Assembly (NCBI GenBank): GCA_937863945.1
Contig: CALMIB010000097.1
Location: forward strand, 1 to 34,878
Direction of reading: 5' to 3'
DNA from: an uncultured Longilinea sp.
GTDB taxonomy: Bacteria > Chloroflexota > Anaerolineae > Anaerolineales > Anaerolineaceae
DNA: 34,878 nucleotides
Shown: positions 17,772 to 25,106 of the stretch, piece by piece
How positions within the stretch are numbered: position 1 is the first letter of the stretch
Layout: every line of letters starts with the position of its first letter
Made by a program: the position numbers and the translations under genes
The notes under the pieces: generated by a model
Seen by the model: the letters and a program-made list of their open reading frames with translations, nothing else
The model's database searches: none
What the model was told of the DNA's origin: nothing

Positions 17772-18733
17772 ATTGGTCTGACCTGCCGGCGGTTTTTCGC
17801 CAACGCAACCAGGTGCTATACCTGGACAGCGCGCTGCGCCTGACGCACGGCAGCCCGTTCACCCTGGCCGGCATGCTCACGCGGCTGCGTCCGTCCAACG
17901 AATTCTTCACAGCAGTCGCGCCGGCGGCAGATGGCGCCGGGCCGTTGATCGGCCAGGTGAGCTACCGCGGCGGCGAGAAATGCGCTCGCCTGACCTACCT
18001 GTTGCCGTTGAACGAACTCTCCTCGCCGGCGTTGCCCGCGCTGTTGGAGGCGCTGGCCTGGCAGGCCGGCGAATGGGGCGCATTCCACCTGCTGGCCGAG
18101 GTGGATGAGCGCAGCCCGGCTTTTGAAGGCCTGCGCGCAGCCGGTTTTTCCACTTATGCCCGCCAGCGCGTCTGGCGGTTGGATGCGCCGCTTTCGGCGC
18201 TGCCGGCGCCCAATCACTGGCGCGCGGCGGCCAGCGTGGACGAGCAGGCGGTACGAAACCTGCATGCCCAGGTGATGCCGCCGCTGGTGCAGGCTGCCGA
18301 ACCGCTGCATTTGCGCCTTTCCCACGGGCTGGTTTTTTACCAGAAGGACGAGCTGACCGCCTATGTGGAAACGGTCAGCGGGCCGGCGGGGATTTTTGTA
18401 CGGCCGTTGATTCACCCGGACGTGGAAGAAACCCCCGCGCTGCTGGCCAGCCTGGTTGCCCGCCTGCGCCCGGAGCCCAACCGCCCGGTGTATGCAGCGG
18501 TGCGTTCGTATGAAGCCTGGTTGGAGCCGTTGTTCGAGGACCTGGGCGCCAGCGTGGGACCCCGGCAGGCGCTGCTGGTGCGCCACCTGGCCAACGCCGC
18601 CCGCGTGATGCAGGCCCTGCCGCGCCTGGGTGTGCTGGAAAAACGGGTTGAACCCGGCGCGCCGATAGCCCGCAGCATGCAGGTTAACGGCGAAAAACCG
18701 TCTGCTGCTTCCTATAAATCACAGGAGCCATGA
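17753..18733 (+). CDS. Conserved hypothetical protein, GNAT-like fold; start uncertain (first canonical start is GTG 17813)
   Basis: The open frame extends upstream of 17813 as IEIRALDWSDLPAV, resembling GNAT beta1-alpha1. AEV-x8-GLRAAGF resembles GNAT motif B. ATGA overlap with the next gene. Confidence 0.6.
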   Translation: MEIRALDWSDLPAVFRQRNQVLYLDSALRLTHGSPFTLAGMLTRLRPSNEFFTAVAPAADGAGPLIGQVSYRGGEKCARLTYLLPLNELSSPALPALLEALAWQAGEWGAFHLLAEVDERSPAFEGLRAAGFSTYARQRVWRLDAPLSALPAPNHWRAAASVDEQAVRNLHAQVMPPLVQAAEPLHLRLSHGLVFYQKDELTAYVETVSGPAGIFVRPLIHPDVEETPALLASLVARLRPEPNRPVYAAVRSYEAWLEPLFEDLGASVGPRQALLVRHLANAARVMQALPRLGVLEKRVEPGAPIARSMQVNGEKPSAASYKSQEP

Positions 18734-20367
18734 TCGAACCTATGACACAACGCAGAATTACCGATGATTTACACGCGCTGCTCGGCGTTTTGCCTGCGTT
18801 GATCGCCGACGCGGTGGTTAAAGTCAATAACAGTGATAATTTACTTGAAATCATCCTGGACCTGGGGCGCAAACCCATGGCGCGCTTCGTGGACGGCGAA
18901 ATTGAACTGCTCTCCAGCGAGGTGACCCGCGATGAGATCGATTACGTCGTCTCGCGCATCGGCGAGGTGGACGCGGACAACCGCGCCGGCCTGGAACGCA
19001 CGCTGCACCGCATCTCGGCCATCCGCAACCGGCGCGGGCACATCGTGGGCCTCACCTGCCGGGTGGGGCGCGCCGTGTACGGCACCATCGACATCATCCA
19101 GGACCTGGTGGAATCGGGCAAGAGCATTTTGCTGCTGGGCAAGCCCGGCATTGGCAAAACCACCATGCTGCGCGAATCGGCGCGCATCCTGGCCGAGAGC
19201 AAGCGCACCATCATCGTCGACACTTCCAACGAAATCGGCGGCGACGGCGACGTGCCGCACCCGGCGGTGGGACGCGCCCGGCGCATGCAGGTGGCCAAAC
19301 CCTCGCTGCAGCACGAGGTGATGATCGAGGCGGTGGAAAACCACAACCCTGAGGTGATCGTCATCGACGAGATCGGGCGCGAGCTGGAAGCCCTGGCCGC
19401 GCGCACCATCGCCGAGCGCGGCGTGCAACTGGTGGCCACCGCGCACGGGCGCACGCTGGAAAATTTGCTGCTCAACCCCACGCTCTCTGACCTGGTGGGC
19501 GGGATCGAATCGGTGACGCTTTCGGATGAGGAAGCGCGCCGGCGCGGCACGCAAAAGACCGTGCTGGAACGGCGCTCGCCGCCGACCTTTGATGTGCTGG
19601 TGGAGATCCAGGAGCGCGACCGCCTGGCGGTTCACGCGGACGTGGCCGCGGCGGTGGACTCGCTGCTGCGCGGCTACCCGCTGGCCCCTGAGATCCGCAC
19701 GCGCTCGGAGGACGGCGAGATTAAAATTGAAAAACCCGCGCCCACGCAGGCGGTGGCCCGCCAGGCGCGCGGTGGACGGCGCAGCGCGAGCGAAGGCATG
19801 GGCGGCAGCGGTCCGCTGCGCACCGCCAACAACTACGAAGAGATGCGCGAGATCCGGCGCGAAGACCAGCCCGACGAGGACGCCGTGCAGGCGACCGCCA
19901 TTCGCACGGTGCGCGTGTTCCCGTACGGCGTGGCGCGCAACCGGCTGATGCAGGCGGCCAAACGCCTGGGCGTGCCGGTCTTCGTGGTGCGCGAGCTGGA
20001 AGAGGCCGACGTGGTGATGACGCTGCGCGCCTATTACCGCGCGCGCGAGCAGGCCATCGTCGAAGCCGAGGAGCGCGGGTTGCAGATCTACGCGCTGCGC
20101 GCCAACACCATCGCACAGATGGAACAATCGCTGGCTTCGCTGTTCAACCTGCCCGAAGACAGCCCGCTGCCCGGCGACCTGGATACCGCCGCCGGCCAGA
20201 TGCAAAGCGCCATTCAGGCTGTGCTGGGCGGGCAGCGCTTCGTCGATTTGCCCCCGGCTTCGGCCGCCATCCGGCGCATGCAGCATGAGATGGCCCGCCA
20301 GGCGCAACTGGTTTCGCATTCCTACGGAAAAGAGCCCAACCGCCGCGTGCGGATTTTCCGCGACTGA
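18730..20367 (+). CDS. Ycf45/SpoIIIAA-like AAA ATPase with C-terminal R3H domain
   Basis: LDLGRKP, TLHRISAIRN, GLTCRVGR, Walker A GKPGIGKT, VDTSNEIGGDG, VIDEIG, TAHG; C-terminal RRMQH...SYGKEPNRRV (R3H). Confidence 0.88.
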   Translation: MIEPMTQRRITDDLHALLGVLPALIADAVVKVNNSDNLLEIILDLGRKPMARFVDGEIELLSSEVTRDEIDYVVSRIGEVDADNRAGLERTLHRISAIRNRRGHIVGLTCRVGRAVYGTIDIIQDLVESGKSILLLGKPGIGKTTMLRESARILAESKRTIIVDTSNEIGGDGDVPHPAVGRARRMQVAKPSLQHEVMIEAVENHNPEVIVIDEIGRELEALAARTIAERGVQLVATAHGRTLENLLLNPTLSDLVGGIESVTLSDEEARRRGTQKTVLERRSPPTFDVLVEIQERDRLAVHADVAAAVDSLLRGYPLAPEIRTRSEDGEIKIEKPAPTQAVARQARGGRRSASEGMGGSGPLRTANNYEEMREIRREDQPDEDAVQATAIRTVRVFPYGVARNRLMQAAKRLGVPVFVVRELEEADVVMTLRAYYRAREQAIVEAEERGLQIYALRANTIAQMEQSLASLFNLPEDSPLPGDLDTAAGQMQSAIQAVLGGQRFVDLPPASAAIRRMQHEMARQAQLVSHSYGKEPNRRVRIFRD

Positions 20368-20395
20368 CCCCGATTTCGAAAAGGCGCAGCAGCCC

Positions 20396-21019
20396 ATGTT
20401 CATCACCCTGGAAGGCCCCGAAGGCAGCGGAAAGACCAGCCATCTCCCCGACCTGGCCGATTTTTTACGCGAAGACGGCTGGAACGTGTTGACCACGCGC
20501 GAACCCGGCGGCACCGCCATCGGCGACCAGGTGCGCCAGGTGCTGATGCGCAGCGATAACACCGCCATGAACCCGCGCGCCGAGACGCTGCTCTTCCTGG
20601 CGGCGCGCGCCCAACTGGTCAACGAGGTCATCCGGCCGGCGCTGGCCGCGGGCACGGTGGTGATTTCGGACCGCTACGGCGATTCGACGCTGGCCTACCA
20701 GGGCTACGGCCACGGCAACGACCTGGACACCATCCGCCAGATGCTGGCATTCGCCACCGGCGGGCTGACGCCCGACCTGACCGTGCTGCTGGACGTGGAC
20801 CCGGCCGTCGGGCTGCGCCGCAAGAAGACGGTGGGCGAATGGAACCGCATGGACGCCTACCAACTGGAATTTCATCAGCGCGTGCGCGCGGGCTACCTGG
20901 AGCTGGCGCGCCAGGAACCTCGCCGCTGGGTGGTGCTGGATGCCGGCCAGCCGCGTGAAATGGTTCAGACGGCGCTGCGCCAGGTGATTCTGGCACGATT
21001 AACGCCGCCCAGTGTTTAA
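20396..21019 (+). CDS. tmk: Thymidylate kinase
   Basis: MFITLEGPEGSGKT, TREPGGT, ARAQLV, SDRY-x-DS-x-LAYQG, PDLT. Confidence 0.96.
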   Translation: MFITLEGPEGSGKTSHLPDLADFLREDGWNVLTTREPGGTAIGDQVRQVLMRSDNTAMNPRAETLLFLAARAQLVNEVIRPALAAGTVVISDRYGDSTLAYQGYGHGNDLDTIRQMLAFATGGLTPDLTVLLDVDPAVGLRRKKTVGEWNRMDAYQLEFHQRVRAGYLELARQEPRRWVVLDAGQPREMVQTALRQVILARLTPPSV

Positions 21020-21045
21020 TCTGGAACTCACATCTGCATCGTAAC

Positions 21046-21070
21046 ATTTATTAGAAGATTTATTAGAAGA
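21046..21070 (+). repeat. Perfect 12-bp tandem duplication ATTTATTAGAAG x2
   Basis: Copies at 21046-21057 and 21058-21069, just upstream of the RBS of the next gene. Confidence 0.8.
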
Positions 21071-21082
21071 AGGAATAAACCC

Positions 21083-22351
21083 TTGAAACGAACTGCATGG
21101 ATTCTCACGCTCATCATCGCCGCCGTGCTGCTTTCGGCCTGCGGCGCCACGCCCACCGCCACGCCCACCCCCACTCCCACCGCGGCGCCCACGCCGGCAT
21201 CGGATGGAAGCGCAGGCGCTGAAACCCCGGCCTGCCAGGTGGCCGTGCTGTTCCAGGAACAGCCCGAGGCCGCCAAACTGCTGCCGCCCATCACCGATCA
21301 GGATTGGAAGCTCGGCCCGGACGGCGCGTACCTGACGTTGATCGAATACAGCGATTTCCAGTGCCCCTACTGCCAGCAGACCTCCCAGGGCATCAAGGAT
21401 TTCGTCGCCGCACATGCGGGCGAAGTGCAACTGGTGTACCGCCATTTCCCGCTGCCCGGGCATGATAAATCGACCCTTTCCGCCCAGGCGGCCGAGGCCG
21501 CCGGCCTGCAGGGGAAATTCTGGGAGATGCACGCGCTGCTCTTTGACGCTGCCAATTGGACTGCGTGGATCGAGATGAGCCTGGAGGATTTTTCCAGTTG
21601 GGTGATCGGTCAGGCGGAAACCATCGAGGGGCTGGACGTTGAAAAATTCAAAACCGACCTGACCAGCGATGCCATCGTCAAGAAAGCCACGGATGCCTAT
21701 GCCACGGCGACGGAATTGCAGATCCCGGGCACGCCGTCGCTGTACGTGCTGATCGACGGCAAGCTGTATTTCACGCCACTCGACCAGGTTTCGGCGGATT
21801 CGGCGACGCTGGAGCTGGTCTATGAATTGTCAAAATTCAAAGACCGCCAGTTCGATGCCTGTCCGCCGACTGTGATTGACGCCAACAAACACTATACCGC
21901 CACGCTGGAAACCTCCAAGGGCAAAATCGTGATCGAGTTATTCCCCGACAAGGCTCCGCTGGCGGTGAACAGCTTTGTGTTCCTGGCGCGCGAGGGCTGG
22001 TTCGACAACGCGCCCTGGCACCGCGTGCTGGAGGGCTTTGTGGCTCAATCCGGCGATCCGAGCGGCACGGGCGTTTTTGGCCCGGGCTACCTGTTCAAGA
22101 ACGAAAGCAGCGACCTGAAATTTGACCAGGCCGGCCTGGTTGGGATGGCCAATTCGGGCGCCGACCGTAACGGCAGCCAGTTCTTCATCACATTGGACGC
22201 CACGCCCAACCTGGACGGCGGCTACACCATTTTTGGCCGGGTGACCGAGGGCATGGACGTGGTGCAGTCGCTGACGGTGCGCGACCCGCAGAGCGGCGGC
22301 GTGCTGCCCGAACCCGATACCATCCTCAGCGTGACCATCGAGGAGAAGTGA
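21083..22351 (+). CDS. Lipoprotein: DsbA-like thioredoxin domain fused to a cyclophilin-type peptidyl-prolyl isomerase
   Basis: TTG start; lipobox LSA-C; PT linker; EYSDFQCPYC, YRHFPL, QGKFWEMH, GTPS (DsbA); WHRV-x2-GF-x2-Q-x-GDP, MANSG, NGSQFFIT, YTIFG (cyclophilin). Confidence 0.92.
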   Translation: MKRTAWILTLIIAAVLLSACGATPTATPTPTPTAAPTPASDGSAGAETPACQVAVLFQEQPEAAKLLPPITDQDWKLGPDGAYLTLIEYSDFQCPYCQQTSQGIKDFVAAHAGEVQLVYRHFPLPGHDKSTLSAQAAEAAGLQGKFWEMHALLFDAANWTAWIEMSLEDFSSWVIGQAETIEGLDVEKFKTDLTSDAIVKKATDAYATATELQIPGTPSLYVLIDGKLYFTPLDQVSADSATLELVYELSKFKDRQFDACPPTVIDANKHYTATLETSKGKIVIELFPDKAPLAVNSFVFLAREGWFDNAPWHRVLEGFVAQSGDPSGTGVFGPGYLFKNESSDLKFDQAGLVGMANSGADRNGSQFFITLDATPNLDGGYTIFGRVTEGMDVVQSLTVRDPQSGGVLPEPDTILSVTIEEK

Positions 22352-23580
22352 TGCAGGCGCAGCCGCGCTTCGATTGGCGCTCGGCCGGCCAGTTTGCCGT
22401 CAGCCTGGCGGGCATCTTCCTGGGGTTGGCGGCAGCCGGAGTGCTGGCGCTGACCACGCTGCTGCCCTGGCTGGAGGGTGAAACGCCCGGCGGTGAGCAG
22501 GCGACTGGTACGATGACGCTGGCCTGGATCGGGCTGCTGTTGGCGGGTCTGAGCCTGCCTTCGGCGGTGCTGGCGGCGCGCAGGCTGATGGGCCGCGCGC
22601 CGGTCATGCGCAACGGCCGGCGCAGCCTGAAGATCGCCAGCCTGCTGCTGCTGGTGTGGCCGCTGGCATTGCTGCTGGCCAAATCGGCGGCGGACAGCGA
22701 CCTGGCCTGGCTGTTTTTACCGCCGCTGCTGATCCTGGTAATGGGTATTCCCACGTTTTGGCTGACCAGCGCAGCGCGCGCCGGCTTGCCGGCCGAAAGC
22801 CTGCAGCGCGGCTGGGGCGTGATCAGTTTTGGCGCGGTGGTCGGCCCGGCGCTGATCATCCTGATGGAAGCTGCGCTGCTGGTGTTAGCCCTGGTCGCGG
22901 TAGGCGTCTGGTTGGCCGGGCAGCCGGGCCTGCTGCCGGAATTGCAGCGGCTGGCAGAGACGTTCACACTGCAAAGCGATCCTGCGCGGCTGATGGAACT
23001 GTTGCAGCCTTACCTGGAACGGCCGGGCGTGCTGGCGGCGGGATTGGCCTTTGTCGCCGTGCTGGTGCCGTTGGTTGAAGAGGCGTTCAAACCGCTGGCG
23101 GCGTGGTTGCTGGCCGGCCGCTGGCTGACGCCCGCCTCGGGTTTCTCGGCCGGCGTGCTGGGCGGCGGCATGTTCGCGCTGGTGGAGAGCCTGGGCTACC
23201 TGGCCAGTGCCCCCACCGAAGGTTTTGTGGGCTTCACGTTGGCGCGCAGCGGCACGCTGCTGCTGCACATTGCCACGGCCGGGCTGGTGGGCTGGGGCGT
23301 GGGCTCGGCGCTGAACGAAGGCCGCTACCTGCGCCTGGCGCTGACCTACCTGGGCGCGGTGCTGCTGCACGGCGCCTGGAACATCGTGGGCATTTTGCCG
23401 GCGCTGGCCGAGTTGCCCGGACTGACCGGGCCGTGGCAGGCTGCGCTGGATGTTTTCCCCTACGCGCTGGGCGGTCTGTGCGTGCTGCTGGCGGCCATTT
23501 TGATCCTTCTCAACCGTCACCTGTGCAAGCCCGTTCCAGCAGGGCCTGGCCCGGAAGTTCCGGGAGAGACATTGCCATGA
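22351..23580 (+). CDS. PrsW-family intramembrane metalloprotease
   Basis: Many TM helices; VEEAFK, GMFALVES, LLHI and HGAWN match the PrsW/M82 motifs. Confidence 0.8.
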   Translation: MQAQPRFDWRSAGQFAVSLAGIFLGLAAAGVLALTTLLPWLEGETPGGEQATGTMTLAWIGLLLAGLSLPSAVLAARRLMGRAPVMRNGRRSLKIASLLLLVWPLALLLAKSAADSDLAWLFLPPLLILVMGIPTFWLTSAARAGLPAESLQRGWGVISFGAVVGPALIILMEAALLVLALVAVGVWLAGQPGLLPELQRLAETFTLQSDPARLMELLQPYLERPGVLAAGLAFVAVLVPLVEEAFKPLAAWLLAGRWLTPASGFSAGVLGGGMFALVESLGYLASAPTEGFVGFTLARSGTLLLHIATAGLVGWGVGSALNEGRYLRLALTYLGAVLLHGAWNIVGILPALAELPGLTGPWQAALDVFPYALGGLCVLLAAILILLNRHLCKPVPAGPGPEVPGETLP

Positions 23581-24275
23581 AAAAAGAAGCGCTGCGCGGT
23601 CTCGTTCGGTTTTTGCTGCACCATCTGGCGCAGGTTGAATACCAAAACAGTGAATGGATCCCCCGCAGTGGTCCGCTGCTGCTGGCCACCAATCATCTCA
23701 GCTATGTGGATACGCCGTTGTTATTCATCAACCCGGTCCGCGCAGATATTACCGCCCTGATCACGGATAAATACGTGAATAATCTCTTCATGCACTGGTT
23801 CACCGTGACTGCCGGTGGAATCTGGATTGACCGCGAGCGGGCTGATTTTGGCGCTTTGAGCGCGGCGCGCGAAGTGCTGAACAAGGGCATGGTGCTGGGA
23901 ATTGCGCCGGAAGGTACGCGCAGTAAGACAGGACAATTGCAGGAGGGAAAACCCGGCATTGTGCTGATCGCGCTGCGTACCGGCGCGCCGATTCTGCCGG
24001 TGGGCATTACAGGCACGGCCGGTTCGGAAAAACGCATGTTAACGCTGCAACATCCGCGCATTACGGTGCGGGTGGGACAACCTTTTACCATCCCGCCGCT
24101 GGAGCGCGGTAACCGCGACGAGCAGTTGAAAACCTGGACCGATGAGGTGATGCTGCGCATTGCCGCGCTGCTGCCCGAGGCATACCACGGTTTTTACCGC
24201 GGCCATCCGCGCATCCAGGAGCTTCAAGCCTTGCAGGGGAACGATCCCGACCCGTTGCGGATGCAGGCCGGGTGA
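23577..24275 (+). CDS. plsC: 1-acyl-sn-glycerol-3-phosphate acyltransferase (LPLAT family)
   Basis: ATGA overlap at 23577; NHLSYVD (HX4D), IDR, APEGTRS, PILPVGI. Confidence 0.88.
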   Translation: MKKEALRGLVRFLLHHLAQVEYQNSEWIPRSGPLLLATNHLSYVDTPLLFINPVRADITALITDKYVNNLFMHWFTVTAGGIWIDRERADFGALSAAREVLNKGMVLGIAPEGTRSKTGQLQEGKPGIVLIALRTGAPILPVGITGTAGSEKRMLTLQHPRITVRVGQPFTIPPLERGNRDEQLKTWTDEVMLRIAALLPEAYHGFYRGHPRIQELQALQGNDPDPLRMQAG

Positions 24276-24307
24276 ATTTGACCTTTTACCGGTAAACAAG
24301 GAAAAAA

Positions 24308-24982
24308 ATGCTCTCCAGCGTAGCCATTCTCCTGGCGGCCTGCGGGCTGTACGGTTTGATTCATTCGCTGCTGGCCTCGCACGCGGCCAAGCGCTTCGCC
24401 GAGGCGCGCTGGGGCGTGGGGGCGCGGCGCTGGTACCGGCTGGGGTTTAGCCTGTTGGGTGGGCTGACGCTGCTGCCGATCTTCTGGCTGGCCTGGGCAC
24501 TGCCCGACCGGCCGCTCTACAGCATCCCCATGCCGTGGGTGCTGTTCAGCGGGCTGATTCAACTGGCAGCGGCCGGCATGCTGCTGGCCGGGGTGACCCA
24601 AACTGGCGCGCTGGGCTTCATCGGGCTGCGTCAGGCGCTCGACCCGGCCGGGGGCGGCGCGCTGATCGCCGGGCGCGGCGCGGATGCGCTGGTGGTGCGC
24701 GGCCTGTACCGCCGGGTGCGCCACCCGCTGTATGCCTGCGGGCTGGTCATCCTGTGGCTGACGCCGGTGATGAGCTGGAATTGGCTGGCGCTGGCCGCCG
24801 GATTGACCGCGTATATCTTGATCGGCATCCCTTTCGAAGAGCGCAAGCTGCTGGCCGAATTCGGGGCGGCTTACGCGGAGTATCAAAAGCGCACGCCGGC
24901 CCTGCTCCCGCGGGGGGAAAGAATTCACCACGGCACCCTGAAGGGTGCAGGCGACGCGGAGGGCACGGAGAAGAACAATTAA
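24308..24982 (+). CDS. Isoprenylcysteine carboxylmethyltransferase/NnrU-family membrane methyltransferase (MddA-like)
   Basis: IHSLLAS, YRL, GLRQ, GLYRRVRHPLY, EERKL-x2-EFG-x2-Y-x2-Y-x3-TP. Confidence 0.8.
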   Translation: MLSSVAILLAACGLYGLIHSLLASHAAKRFAEARWGVGARRWYRLGFSLLGGLTLLPIFWLAWALPDRPLYSIPMPWVLFSGLIQLAAAGMLLAGVTQTGALGFIGLRQALDPAGGGALIAGRGADALVVRGLYRRVRHPLYACGLVILWLTPVMSWNWLALAAGLTAYILIGIPFEERKLLAEFGAAYAEYQKRTPALLPRGERIHHGTLKGAGDAEGTEKNN

Positions 24983-25106
24983 GAGTGCCTGGTTGACAGA
25001 CTCTCTTAAGGGAGTTTACTTTGTGACCGAGGGCAAATACAGCGACTCCAGCGGGGCGTAATAAGCCACGCGCACGCTGCCGCCCTTTAATACCCGCATC
25101 CCGCGG

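Noticed and set aside
21143-21196. ACGCCCACC-like repeats (and CCG repeats at about 27529-27546)
   Set aside because: They encode ordinary Pro/Thr linkers of exported proteins.
24983-25106. Possible ncRNA between the convergent methyltransferase and comEC genes
   Set aside because: Only a short GACTCTC/GGGAGTT hairpin and an isolated TTGACA; no recognisable RNA family.
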